From assembly GCA_038231275.1 (NCBI GenBank), contig JBBRLQ010000017.1, positions 1 to 64,000 of the forward strand: a stretch of DNA of 64,000 nt, given 5' to 3'. This DNA comes from Polyangiales bacterium (lineage in GTDB: Bacteria; Myxococcota_A; Polyangia; Polyangiales; Polyangiaceae). Position 1 is the first letter of the stretch. Each line of letters begins with the position of its first letter. A program made the position numbers and the translations under genes. The notes beneath the pieces are model-generated. The model saw nothing but the letters and a program-made list of their open reading frames with translations, was not told the DNA's origin and made no database searches. Of this stretch, positions 38,683-48,772 are shown piece after piece.

Positions 38683-41147
38683 CACGTGTCCACGCGCACG
38701 CTGAATTCGATCGGGCCGAAGCGGAGGTGCGAGCCCGCGACGATCGGCACCCACTGCCCCGCGGCGATCCGCGTGTTGTCGACCCACGTGCCGTTGTTGC
38801 TGCCCTCGTCCTTCGCCCAGAGGCGCGCGGCCTCGAACTTGAGCGTGGCGTGCACACCGCTGACGCGCGGCTCGTTGATGAACACGGGGCACTGCGACGC
38901 GTCGCGGCCCACCTTGATCTCGGCACCTGGCACGATCGAAAATTGTCCCGGCGCGCCTACGATGGTCGCGCTTCCAGCGACGTTCCCGTAGGGACTCTGC
39001 GGCGGCTGGAGAGGCGGCGCCTCCATCGCACCCGTCAGCGGATACGCCGCAGCGGCTTCACCAAGGCCCCCGCTCGGGGCGCCCGTGATGCTCGCAGGCA
39101 GAGGCTGACCGCACGAAAAACAAACCGACGATTGGCCTCGTGTCGCCATCGTCGGCATCTGGCAATTCGGGCATTTCACCTGAATGACCTGCGGCGCGCC
39201 GCCACCCCCACCGCTGCCGGTGATGGGGGTACCCACGGGCTGCGCGCCGAACACCGGCGCAGGCGGCCCTTGCGCGGCGGCCATCGGCGACCCCGTGGGC
39301 GCGCTGGCGTTCGCGCCGCCCATCATGTTTCCCGGAGGACCGCCGTACCCTCCACCACCCGGATACGGAGGACCGCCCGCGACGATCGGCGCCGGAGGAG
39401 GCCCGCCCCTCCCCTTCTTTCCGCCGCCGCCGCCACCACCGCCGCCGCGCATCAGCACGAGGACGAGGAGCACGATGACGACCACGAGACCGACGACGCC
39501 GAGGATGAAGACGAGGTTGAAGGGCTTCTTTTGCGCCTTCAGCGTGAGCACGCTCTTCTCGTCGTGCCCGCTCGCGCGGTGCGCTTTGTTGTCGTAGATG
39601 ACGACGCGCGCGACCGCGTTGTCGCCGTTGCCTTCGAGGACCTTCTCGTCGTCGGGCACGTCGAAGACGGCGAAGGTGTCGTTCGCGTCCTGCGACTGGC
39701 CGCGCATGCCCTGCTGAATGAGCTGCTGCATCGCCTTCTTGGCGAGCTCGGGATCTTGCGAGTTGGCCTGCGGGCTCGGCTTGGTGCCGGCGGGGACGAA
39801 GTACGCCTCCGCGCGACCCTTGTCACCGCCCCAGCAGAAGTCGCCGTACACGCGGATCTTGCCGCCTGGGTACACCGGCGTCGCCTCGGCCTCCGCCTTC
39901 GTGCGCGCCAGGTTCACGTCGAGCGGCCACTGCGTCGGGTCGATGCCGATCGGCACTTCTTTGAACGTTCCGTCGGGCGCGATTTGCGGCTTCGTGTTGA
40001 CGAAGATGAGGTTGAACGTCTGCTCGAGCGTGGGGTTCAGGCACGACACGCGCCATTTGACGATCCACATCTCGTTGAAGCGCTTCTTGACGATCGTGAT
40101 GATCGCCTTGCCCTTCGCGTCGCCCTGTCCGGGCCGCACGATGTCGTAAAATCCGCCGATCTCCGTGTTGGCGAGCGCCTGCATGAACTGGGCGTCGTTG
40201 TTCCGGTAGATGTCGTTGACGAGGCCGGTCGACGTCGGGAACCACACGCTGATGACCGGCAGCGGTGTCTTGGGGAGCGAGGTGTTGTCCTCGGGGAAGC
40301 GCCCCTTGTTCAAGTACTGGTGAAAGACCTCCGCGCTCGGCGACGCGCTCGCGGCGTCTCCGCGACCGGCGCCGTTGGAGAGGACGACCATCGCCTGGTG
40401 GAGCGGGATGTTCTGCGGCCCGGTGTTGTTCCCGAGGCTGCCGAACGCGCTCTTCGTCATCTCCTTGATCTCGGTGAAGAGCGGGCGGTTGCTCCCGTGC
40501 GACGGCGAGTTGGTCGGATGATCCTGGAGGACTTTGACGATGTCGTTTCGCTGCGCGAACGTCTTCCACTTCGAGTCGGCGACGAACACGTTCGGCCGAT
40601 CGTCGAAGATGATGAGATCCATGATGTCGTTCGGGCCCATCGCGGCGATGAACTCGTGCGCGACCTGCTGCGCCTCGCGGTAGCGGTTGCCCATGCCGCT
40701 CGATCCGTCGACGGCGACGAGCCACGCGGTGCCGACGTTCGGATCTTTGGACTGGCCCCACAGCTCCTTCGAGACGAACTTGGCCGCCGTGTCCTCGCCA
40801 GCGACCTTCACGAGCAGCTTGGCGTTCTCGGCGGGGAGCGGGAACGGGCTGTACAGGTTGCCCGGCTTCTCCATCTGCGAGCTCACGCAGTCGAGCATCG
40901 GATCGCCGCCCGGCACGTTCGCGCACGCGCCGAGCACGTCGCTCATCGTGTTGAACTGCACGACCTCGATGACCGTCGTGAGCTCCGGTTGCCCGCTCGA
41001 GAGGCCGGCGCGCGGATCGATGCGGAGCACATGCGCCTCGGGGGCGGCCGCGGCGAGGCGCGGCATGGACACCACCGTCGCCACCGCCAGAAGCAGGACG
41101 CACGCCTTGAGGGCGAGCATCCCCTTCGAGAGGATTCTTTCTACCAT
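38682..41147 (-). CDS. Bitopic protein: extracytoplasmic VWA + TM + Gly/Pro linker + Zn ribbon + FHA
   Basis: Signal peptide, MIDAS-like DGSSGM, VVLSNG, TM, CPNC..CFSC, FHA (VSGVHA, GSNNGT). Confidence 0.85.
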   Translation of the reverse strand: MVERILSKGMLALKACVLLLAVATVVSMPRLAAAAPEAHVLRIDPRAGLSSGQPELTTVIEVVQFNTMSDVLGACANVPGGDPMLDCVSSQMEKPGNLYSPFPLPAENAKLLVKVAGEDTAAKFVSKELWGQSKDPNVGTAWLVAVDGSSGMGNRYREAQQVAHEFIAAMGPNDIMDLIIFDDRPNVFVADSKWKTFAQRNDIVKVLQDHPTNSPSHGSNRPLFTEIKEMTKSAFGSLGNNTGPQNIPLHQAMVVLSNGAGRGDAASASPSAEVFHQYLNKGRFPEDNTSLPKTPLPVISVWFPTSTGLVNDIYRNNDAQFMQALANTEIGGFYDIVRPGQGDAKGKAIITIVKKRFNEMWIVKWRVSCLNPTLEQTFNLIFVNTKPQIAPDGTFKEVPIGIDPTQWPLDVNLARTKAEAEATPVYPGGKIRVYGDFCWGGDKGRAEAYFVPAGTKPSPQANSQDPELAKKAMQQLIQQGMRGQSQDANDTFAVFDVPDDEKVLEGNGDNAVARVVIYDNKAHRASGHDEKSVLTLKAQKKPFNLVFILGVVGLVVVIVLLVLVLMRGGGGGGGGGKKGRGGPPPAPIVAGGPPYPGGGGYGGPPGNMMGGANASAPTGSPMAAAQGPPAPVFGAQPVGTPITGSGGGGGAPQVIQVKCPNCQMPTMATRGQSSVCFSCGQPLPASITGAPSGGLGEAAAAYPLTGAMEAPPLQPPQSPYGNVAGSATIVGAPGQFSIVPGAEIKVGRDASQCPVFINEPRVSGVHATLKFEAARLWAKDEGSNNGTWVDNTRIAAGQWVPIVAGSHLRFGPIEFSVRVDT

Positions 41148-41164
41148 TGGGGTTTCGCCCTCGC

Positions 41165-42112
41165 TCAGACTCGACCGATGAGCTTCACGATCGTGGAGAA
41201 TCCGCCGAACCGTACGCGGTCGCCGTCGCGGAGCTCACGGCGGCCGTTGAAGCCGAGGTGCTCCTCGTTCACGTAGGTGCCGTTCGTGGAGCCGGTGTCC
41301 TCGACCGAGACGCTACCGGTCGTGCCGTCGACGACGATCATCGCGTGGCGCGAGGAGATCGTCGCATCGGCGAGCGGGATGTCGACCTGATCGCCCGAGC
41401 TCGAACGACCGATGGTGACGCGGCCGCCGTTGAGCGGCCAGAAGTCCCCCTTCGTGTTCGCTTGGTAGGTGACGAGGAACCCGCGGAGGGCGTTCGCTGG
41501 CAGGACCATCGGCGCGGCGGCGGCCACGGGGGCGGCGACCGGCGCGGCGGCGGCAGGCGCGGGATCGAACGCCGGCGCGGGCGCTGCGCCGCCGAAGCCA
41601 CCGCCCGCCGGACCGTACATGTTCGGCGGAGGCTGCGGCGGCGGGAAGCCACCTTGCGCTTGGCCCGGAGGCGAGTAGGGCGCGGCGGCCGGCTGCGCGC
41701 CGTAGCCTTGCTGCGCCGGCGGCGCATACTGCTGCGGAGCTTGAGGCGGAGGCGCGTATTGCCCGCCGCCGTACCCGCCCTGCTGCGGTTGCTGTTGCGG
41801 TTGGGGCGCGCCGTACGCGTCGTTCGGAAACTGCATCGCGTCGAGGGCGATCGGGTGCCCCTGCGCGCAGTAGCTCTGGCCGGCCGCGATGTCGTGACCC
41901 ATCTGGCAGCGCGAAGGCGCGGCGTAGGGAGGCTGTCCTCCTCCACCGCCGCCGTATCCGCCGCCGCCGTACGGACCCGCTGACGCTTGCGGCGCACCGC
42001 CGTACGCCGCCGGTTGCGCGCTCGATCCGCGCGCGACGACGGGCGTCCCACACGTGTTGCAGAACTTGTCCGAGGGCTTGGCTACGGTGCCGCACTGGGG
42101 GCAGGCGCTCAT
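41165..42112 (-). CDS. Zinc-ribbon + PGYQ-rich linker + C-terminal FHA protein
   Basis: CPQC..CNTCG, CQMGH..CAQGH, FHA (IGR, ISSRHA, GSTNGT). Confidence 0.88.
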   Translation of the reverse strand: MSACPQCGTVAKPSDKFCNTCGTPVVARGSSAQPAAYGGAPQASAGPYGGGGYGGGGGGQPPYAAPSRCQMGHDIAAGQSYCAQGHPIALDAMQFPNDAYGAPQPQQQPQQGGYGGGQYAPPPQAPQQYAPPAQQGYGAQPAAAPYSPPGQAQGGFPPPQPPPNMYGPAGGGFGGAAPAPAFDPAPAAAAPVAAPVAAAAPMVLPANALRGFLVTYQANTKGDFWPLNGGRVTIGRSSSGDQVDIPLADATISSRHAMIVVDGTTGSVSVEDTGSTNGTYVNEEHLGFNGRRELRDGDRVRFGGFSTIVKLIGRV

Positions 42113-42230
42113 CCTAAAGTTGCCTTCCACGCGCCGGCTGCTTGGCAAGTGAGCGGCGCGCGGTGAGAAGCATAGCGGAAGCCGGCGACAAAAGGGAAAA
42201 GGTAGGTGGGTTTTGGTGAGGGGTAGGCCC

Positions 42231-43286
42231 TCACATGAAGCTGCCCGATGCGCCCAGGACCAGGCCGGGAGCCCCGCCGGCAGGGCAGACCGCGGGAGCG
42301 CCTATATAAGGAAGGAGGACGCCGGACCTCCGAGGCGCGTCCGGAGCGCCGGTCGTCGCGAACAGCACGACCGTGACCACCGCGGAGGCCACCGTCGCGA
42401 GGCCGAGGACGTCGGTGACGACGGCCAACGTGCGGGTCTTGGTGCGGGCGCTCGCGACCTCGTCGGGCGTCGCGCCGAAGCGGTCTACGGTCTTGTCGTA
42501 GGTGCTCTTCTGCCCGAGGGCGAGCACGCCAACGACGCCGGTGCCGACGCCGAGCGCCCCTGTGACGGCCACGCCGATCCAAAATGGAGTGCGGCTCTTC
42601 GGCGGCGCGGCGACCCGCGCGGGCTCGGACGCGGGAGGCGACGGCGCGACGACGGGCGGGCGCGTTGCTGGCGGCGGAGGAGCGGCGGGGGGATGGAGCT
42701 CCAGCGAGACCTTCTTCTTGTCGCCGCCCGCGACGGTCACGCGCACCTCGGCAGGCTCGAGGCCAGTCTTCGTCGCGCGGAGCTTCCACTCCCCGCCGTT
42801 CAAGAGGATGGGCGCCGCCACCGGCGATTTTCCGAGATCGAGGCGCCGTTCCCCCTCGATCGTGACGTCGGCTCCGGTCTCATTCACCATTATCTCGACG
42901 CTGGCGACGTGCCCCTCGAGGCGCGCGAGATCCTTCTCGACCTCCGCGCGGCGGGCTTTGCCGAGCTCCGAGCCTCCTTGCGAGACGTATTCGCGGAACG
43001 ACTTCACCGCGCCCGCGAAATCGCCGAGCTCCTCGAACGTCTGCCCGATGTTGAACAGCAGCCGGAAATTCGGCGAGAGGCGATAGGCCTCCTGGAACTC
43101 CACGAGCGCAGAGCGGAAGTCGGCGTCCTTGTAGAACTTCACGCCGCGCTGGAAATGCTGCCGCGCGCTGGCGAGGGTGGCGGAGGGCGGAGCCTGCGCG
43201 CGCGCGCCCATGGGAACGAACGCGATCGCCATCGCGACGGAGAACGCGATGCGCGAGGCGAGAGACGCCGTCACTTTGCGCCCCAT
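42231..43286 (-). CDS. TPR + PEGA domain protein
   Basis: FQEAYRLSP..LLFNIG, PEGA (GADVTIEG..LGKSP), two C-terminal hydrophobic segments; start may be GTG at 43274. Confidence 0.85.
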   Translation of the reverse strand: MGRKVTASLASRIAFSVAMAIAFVPMGARAQAPPSATLASARQHFQRGVKFYKDADFRSALVEFQEAYRLSPNFRLLFNIGQTFEELGDFAGAVKSFREYVSQGGSELGKARRAEVEKDLARLEGHVASVEIMVNETGADVTIEGERRLDLGKSPVAAPILLNGGEWKLRATKTGLEPAEVRVTVAGGDKKKVSLELHPPAAPPPPATRPPVVAPSPPASEPARVAAPPKSRTPFWIGVAVTGALGVGTGVVGVLALGQKSTYDKTVDRFGATPDEVASARTKTRTLAVVTDVLGLATVASAVVTVVLFATTGAPDAPRRSGVLLPYIGAPAVCPAGGAPGLVLGASGSFM

Positions 43287-44890
43287 GGATCGTTCGTGTC
43301 GATCGGCTTGGTGGGCCGACGCGTGCGCGGATCGTCGGGAGCGACCGGAGGCTTCGGTAGACGCGGGCCCGTAGCCGGTCGCTCGGCCTGCAGCGAGAGC
43401 TCCAGACGAACGTCCCGATCGAGGACCAGCGTGCGCTGCTCGGGCGCGAAGCCAGGCGCCGCGACGCCCAACGCGTGGGTGCTCCGGTCGCGAGGGAGGC
43501 GCTTGGAGAACGGATTTCCGTCGACGGCGACGCCATCGAGCGTGAAATGCGCGGCTGCGGGGGTCGCGACGACGAAGACATCCACCGTCGGTGTGCTCGG
43601 CGTCGCGGAGACGTCACCGCTCGAAGCGACCGGGGGCGACGCGATCGACGCGGCGCTGGCGCTCGCGATCGGCTCGAGCGGTGGCCTGGAGCCGCGACGA
43701 AACGCGAACGTCGCCGCGCCCGCCAGCGCGATCGCGGCGAGCGCGCCCAGGACGACGACCCGACGCCGTGACGACGCGCGCGCCGCGCCGAGCTCGAGGC
43801 TGACCGAGGCCTGCGTCGGAGACGTGATCGTCGTGGCGGCGCCGTCGGCCGCGGTTCGCGTGGGATCGTTGTCGGACACGCCGCTCTCGGACGAAGGCGA
43901 CGGCGGCGGCAAGAGCGGTGTGGGGTGCGACGGCGCCGCGTCGGGCGACGCGAGGCGGTCCTGGATGAGGCGACGGACCTGCGAGCGCTCCTTCTCGAAC
44001 GCCCGCGCGACGAGCGCTCCGACGTCCGCGTCGGTGACCCGCATGCCCGCCTTCTCGATGAACGCGGCGAGCGCGCTCAGCATGTCCGCCGCCGTCGCGT
44101 ACCGGACCGCGCGATCGCTCGCCATCGCGCGATCGCAGATCGCCGCGAGCTCCGGCGGCGCGTCGGGCACCTCCGTCGCGATCTTGGGCTCGAGCCCGTT
44201 GATGCGCCGGTGCAAGATGGCCGGCTCCGCGAGATCGTGGGTGATGCGCCTCTTCGCGAGCGCCTCCCAGAGGAGGACGCCGACCGCGAAGACGTCGGCC
44301 CGCCGATCGATCGCGTCGTTGGCGATCTGCTCGGGCGCCGCGTAGCCGAGCTTGCCCTTGAAGACGCCGGTCTCCGTCTTAACCGCCGCTCCTTTGGCCT
44401 TCGCGATGCCGAAGTCGACGAGCTTGATCGCGCCGCCGTAGGTCAAAAATACGTTCTGCGGCGTCACGTCGCGATGGACGACGCCCAGCGGAGTGCCGGT
44501 GAGATCGGTCAGATCGTGCGCGGCGTGGAGCCCCGCGAGGATGCGCGTGAGGACGTGCAGCGTGATCGGCAACGGGAGCTGGCGCTTCGTGCGTCCGAGG
44601 ACGGCGCTGAGCGGCTGCCCATCCAGGTACTCCATGACGATGAAGTAGCGACCGTCCGCCTCGCCGACCTCGAAGCACTGCACGAGGTTCGGGTGCTCGA
44701 GGCGCGACACGAGGCGCGCTTCGTCGGTGAACATCGCGACGAAGTCCGGATCGATCGCCAGCTCCGGCAGGATCTCCTTGATGACGACGAGCTTCTGCGT
44801 CCCAAGCGCGCCCGGCAGCGCCGCGAGCGACACGCGCGCCATCCCCCCTTGCCCGAGGAGCGCGAGATCGCGGTAGCGCCCGAAGCTCAT
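43271..44890 (-). CDS. Membrane Ser/Thr kinase with PEGA-like extracytoplasmic domain
   Basis: LGQGGMARV, HRDVTPQN, DFG, YAAPE, TM and PEGA-like strands. Confidence 0.95.
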   Translation of the reverse strand: MSFGRYRDLALLGQGGMARVSLAALPGALGTQKLVVIKEILPELAIDPDFVAMFTDEARLVSRLEHPNLVQCFEVGEADGRYFIVMEYLDGQPLSAVLGRTKRQLPLPITLHVLTRILAGLHAAHDLTDLTGTPLGVVHRDVTPQNVFLTYGGAIKLVDFGIAKAKGAAVKTETGVFKGKLGYAAPEQIANDAIDRRADVFAVGVLLWEALAKRRITHDLAEPAILHRRINGLEPKIATEVPDAPPELAAICDRAMASDRAVRYATAADMLSALAAFIEKAGMRVTDADVGALVARAFEKERSQVRRLIQDRLASPDAAPSHPTPLLPPPSPSSESGVSDNDPTRTAADGAATTITSPTQASVSLELGAARASSRRRVVVLGALAAIALAGAATFAFRRGSRPPLEPIASASAASIASPPVASSGDVSATPSTPTVDVFVVATPAAAHFTLDGVAVDGNPFSKRLPRDRSTHALGVAAPGFAPEQRTLVLDRDVRLELSLQAERPATGPRLPKPPVAPDDPRTRRPTKPIDTNDPWGAK

Positions 44891-44909
44891 GGGGCAACCT
44901 CACGCGGCT

Positions 44910-45917
44910 TCATCGGGGGACGTACCGCGGGCCGACGTTGGAGTAGACCATCGTGTTGGCGATCGCGTAGAAGGTCACGCCTCCCAGGAGCTGACCGCTC
45001 GCGGCGAGCGTCATGTCGACGTGACGTGAGCCGACGGGGATGTTGAAGAAGCCTGCGATGCCCGTCGAATCGGTGACGGTGCGGGTCGTCGAGGGGTTGT
45101 TCCCGTCGAAGTAGAACGACTGCGTGGTCCCCGCGATCGACTTGTCGAGCGTAAACGAGACGCCGGCGGAGTCTTGCGCGTCGCAGTCGGTCCCGATCAT
45201 GAACGCCGCGCCGAGCCTGGGGTCCACCGTCAGCTGGTAGATCGTCGCGAAATTCTGGAGCGTGCCGAAGGTCGCGAGCAGGTAGTCGTCGGCGAGGTCG
45301 GCGGTGATCGGCGTGCTCGAGTAGTAAACGTTGGTCGTTATGTAGACGTTGTCGTTGTTCCCGCCGTCCACGAACGCGGCGCCGCCGTCGGCCGAGGTCT
45401 GCTCGATCGCGAGGTAGCCGCTGAACGCGCCGGCCGACACGTCGAAATCGTAGAGCACGTGACCCGCGTCGTTCGGCGTCAACGTCGCGAGCGGGTTCAC
45501 GCAGGTCGGGTCGGCGGAGCTCGGGCAGAAGCGGACGCGCAGCTGCGTCACCGGCGTCGTCTGCGAAAGGAAATCGTGCAGGAACACGTCGTACTTCGCG
45601 ACGCCCCCGTCCGGCACCGGCGCCGGATCGCGATCGACGCAGCGAAAGCGCGGATCCTGAATCCCGGTGTCGAGCGGGCCGTCTGGCGTGGCGTCGCTGC
45701 CGACGTCGGCGCCCGTATCGAGCACGGACGCGTCGATCGTCGTCGCCGCGCACACCTTGGCGACGCAACGGGACGCCGCGAACGCGCCCCCACGGCTCGT
45801 GCAATCCTGGTCGGTGGTGCACTGCTCGCGGCTCGTCTCGAGCAAAAAGGAGCACGCGGTCGCCGCGACGAGCGGAACCAGCGCCAGCGATGCGAAGAGG
45901 AGGGCGCGCGCGCGCAT
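44910..45917 (-). CDS. Cys-rich lipoprotein with carboxypeptidase-regulatory-like domains
   Basis: ATAC lipobox, CTTDQDC..C..C motif, TDSTGIAGFFNIPVG. Confidence 0.7.
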   Translation of the reverse strand: MRARALLFASLALVPLVAATACSFLLETSREQCTTDQDCTSRGGAFAASRCVAKVCAATTIDASVLDTGADVGSDATPDGPLDTGIQDPRFRCVDRDPAPVPDGGVAKYDVFLHDFLSQTTPVTQLRVRFCPSSADPTCVNPLATLTPNDAGHVLYDFDVSAGAFSGYLAIEQTSADGGAAFVDGGNNDNVYITTNVYYSSTPITADLADDYLLATFGTLQNFATIYQLTVDPRLGAAFMIGTDCDAQDSAGVSFTLDKSIAGTTQSFYFDGNNPSTTRTVTDSTGIAGFFNIPVGSRHVDMTLAASGQLLGGVTFYAIANTMVYSNVGPRYVPR

Positions 45918-45979
45918 GAAGCCACTCCGAGGATACCGCCGCGAACTTGCGTGTGATATCGAATCCGGACCTCCCCCGC

Positions 45980-46993
45980 ATGCGCCCCAAGGAAAAGCAT
46001 CAAGCCCGGAAGATGCGCGTGACGGTGCTCACCTACCTCGAGAAGGAGGGGGCGCTCGAGCACGACATCGTGGTCGATCAGGTCGCGTCGGCGCTGCGCG
46101 CGCACGGCCACAAGCCGAAGATCCTCGGCGTGCACAACGACATCAACCACCTGGTCGAGGGGCTGAGGGAGCACCGCCCGCACCTCGTCTTCAACCTCGT
46201 CGAGCAGTGGGGAAAGAACGTACGCGGCGACGTCGCGGTGGCCGGCGCGCTGGAGCTCCTCGGCCTGAGACACACCGGGGGCGGCCCCGGCGAGCTCTTC
46301 CTCCGCCAGGACAAGGCGCTGACGAAGGAGCTCCTCGCCTACCACGGCGTCCCGTTCCCGAACTACGCCGTCTTCCGCCGCGACTCGTTCCCCGACACGG
46401 GCGTGCGCCTGCGGATGCCTCTCATCATCAAGCCGCTGCGCATGGACTCGTCGATCGGCATCGACTCGTCGTCGGTCGCGCGGTCGACCACGCAGATGAT
46501 GAAGCGCGTCATCGCCATCCACGAGAAGGTGAAGGACTCGGCGCTCGTCGAGGAGTACATCGAGGGGCGCGAGTTCTACGTCGGGGTCATGGGCAACCGG
46601 AAGCCGATCGCGCTGCCGCCCATCGAGATGGATTTTTCGGCGCTGCCCAAGCACATGCCGAAAATCCTCGGGCGTCGCGCGAAGTGGGTGCCGTCGAGCC
46701 GCGAGTACAAAGGCACGCGGTCGAAGCTCGCCGAGATCGACGACGTCCTGAAGCAGCGCCTGCAGACCGTCGCCGTCGAGGCGTACCGTGCGCTCCGCGT
46801 GCGCGACTATGGCCGCGTGGACCTTCGCGTCACGCCCGAGAACGAGATCTACGTCATCGAGGTCAACGCGAGCTGCTACCTCGAGGACAGCGCGGAGTTC
46901 GCGACGGCGGCGAAGGCGGCAGGCCTCTCCTACACGGATCTCATCAACGCGATCGCGCGCCTCGCGATGGCTCGAAGCCGGCGTCCGTTTTGA
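45980..46993 (+). CDS. D-Ala-D-Ala ligase-like ATP-grasp enzyme
   Basis: VFNLVE, PLIIKP, SSIGI, LVEEYIEGRE, DYGRVDLR and IEVNA; start may be 46013. Confidence 0.88.
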   Translation: MRPKEKHQARKMRVTVLTYLEKEGALEHDIVVDQVASALRAHGHKPKILGVHNDINHLVEGLREHRPHLVFNLVEQWGKNVRGDVAVAGALELLGLRHTGGGPGELFLRQDKALTKELLAYHGVPFPNYAVFRRDSFPDTGVRLRMPLIIKPLRMDSSIGIDSSSVARSTTQMMKRVIAIHEKVKDSALVEEYIEGREFYVGVMGNRKPIALPPIEMDFSALPKHMPKILGRRAKWVPSSREYKGTRSKLAEIDDVLKQRLQTVAVEAYRALRVRDYGRVDLRVTPENEIYVIEVNASCYLEDSAEFATAAKAAGLSYTDLINAIARLAMARSRRPF

Positions 46994-48611
46994 TCGCGAG
47001 CTGCGCCACGGCGCGCAGCGACATCGCGAGCTCGAGGACGCCGGAGTAGCGATCGTCGGGGGACTTGGCGAGGGCGCGGGCGAGGATTTCGTCGACGGCG
47101 CGCGGGAGCTCGGGGACGATCTCACTGGGGCGCGCGGGATCGTCGTGGAGCGTGTGGTACAGGGCTTCGGGGCTCGCTCCGGCGAACGCCAGTCGACCGG
47201 TCAAGGCGCGGTACGCGACGGCGCCGAGCGCGAAGACATCGGCACGCGCGTCGGCTCGATTCCCGAGCGCCTGCTCGGGCGCGAGGTAGCCCGGCGTGCC
47301 GACCAGATCGCCGACGGCGGTGAGTGGCCCCGACTCTGAGAGCGCGCACACGCCGAAGTCGACCACCTTCCACCGCGACGCGCCGTTGCCTTCGGCGAGG
47401 AACACGTTCTGCGGCTTCAAGTCACGGTGCACGACGCCGAGCGCGTGCGCCACCGAAAGGCCGCGCGCCACTTCTTGGACCATGGTGACGACCTCGTCGA
47501 GCGGCATGCGCGGGCGGCGCCGGAGGTGCCACGACAGATCGTGCCCTGCGAGGAGCTCCATCGCGAGGAAGGGCGTGCCGTCCTCGGTCTTGCCCAGATC
47601 GAGGACCTCGACGAGGTTCGGCGCGCGGAGGTTCGCGGCGACCTGCGCCTCACGGACGAAACGCTGGAGCGCTTGCGGATCGGCGGATGCGCCGCCCGTG
47701 AGGAGCTTTACGGCCACGCGCGCGCCGTCACGTCGATCGCGCGCGGCGTAGACCTCACCCATCGCCCCGCGGCCGACGAGCTCGGCGAGCGCGTAGTCGC
47801 CGGCGAGCGCGCCCGTCCAGTGTCCGCGCTTGCCGGCGCCGGCGGCGAGCACGCGATCGAGCTGCGCCTTCGCCTCGTCGAGCTGAGCCTGCTTGTGGAG
47901 CGCCTCGCGCGCGGCGAACGTGGCGCGCTCCATCGCGTCGCGGGTCGCCCGTCGGCTGAGGCGCGCCTGCACGAGCGCGACGACGTACACGGTCCCCATC
48001 ATGATCGTGACGAAGAGTCGCTGCACGAACGGGATGCCCTCGGACGAGAAGACGCCGCCGTCGGGCACGACGTCGAAGGTCACCAGCAACGCCGCGGTCA
48101 TGTACGCGCCGATCGCCACGCTGCACAGCGCCACGATCGAGCGCTTCGCCTCGCCCATGCCGAAGAACGAGATGCCGAGGACGATGACCGCCGTGAACGG
48201 CGAAAAGAGCCCTTCGTGCAGCTCGACGACGAACGACTCCACGAGCGCCACGATGCCGAACATGCGAATGAGGATCCGCGAGGAGTCGGCGGTGGCGCGC
48301 GCCCACACCACCGACGCGACGACGATCAGCGCCACCATCGAGACGGCCGTCTCGCGCCGGAGACACCCCTCGGGGCCTTCGATCCAGAGGAAGCCGAGCC
48401 CCAACGTGGAGAGGACCACCGCGACCCGCGCGAACGAGCGCGCCCGCTCCGCCTCGGCGCGCCGCATCGCCTGCCCGACGTTCGACTCCACCGCCGGAAT
48501 CGCTCGTGTCGGCGCGTCCTCCGGCACCCTCCGGTGCGCAACCGGAAACGTCCCGCTGCTGTCCGCCGAAGTGTGATGTGTAGGCCCGAACTGGCTATTT
48601 GCTGCCGCCAT
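46944..48611 (-). CDS. Ser/Thr kinase with N-terminal multi-TM sensor and C-terminal kinase domain
   Basis: About six TMs, then VGRGAMGEV, HRDLKPQN, DFG and YLAPE. Confidence 0.92.
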   Translation of the reverse strand: MAAANSQFGPTHHTSADSSGTFPVAHRRVPEDAPTRAIPAVESNVGQAMRRAEAERARSFARVAVVLSTLGLGFLWIEGPEGCLRRETAVSMVALIVVASVVWARATADSSRILIRMFGIVALVESFVVELHEGLFSPFTAVIVLGISFFGMGEAKRSIVALCSVAIGAYMTAALLVTFDVVPDGGVFSSEGIPFVQRLFVTIMMGTVYVVALVQARLSRRATRDAMERATFAAREALHKQAQLDEAKAQLDRVLAAGAGKRGHWTGALAGDYALAELVGRGAMGEVYAARDRRDGARVAVKLLTGGASADPQALQRFVREAQVAANLRAPNLVEVLDLGKTEDGTPFLAMELLAGHDLSWHLRRRPRMPLDEVVTMVQEVARGLSVAHALGVVHRDLKPQNVFLAEGNGASRWKVVDFGVCALSESGPLTAVGDLVGTPGYLAPEQALGNRADARADVFALGAVAYRALTGRLAFAGASPEALYHTLHDDPARPSEIVPELPRAVDEILARALAKSPDDRYSGVLELAMSLRAVAQLAIKTDAGFEPSRGARSR

Positions 48612-48623
48612 GACGGCTACGAC

Positions 48624-48639
48624 TGCGCGTCGCGTGCCA
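48624..48639 (-). promoter_or_regulatory. Sigma54-like promoter for the multi-TM kinase
   Basis: Minus strand TGGCACG-CGAC-GCGCA with correct GG-N10-GC spacing, in intergenic DNA. Confidence 0.5.
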
Positions 48640-48772
48640 GAGCCGCCCCCCCCGTGCGAAGCACGCTCGCCGCAGGCGATGCAGGGAGGCTCGGCGGCGT
48701 CCGCCGACGAGGGGGACGCAGTCCCCACCACACAAAAGCCACAAGAATCACCGAGCGAAAGCTCGGTGATTC

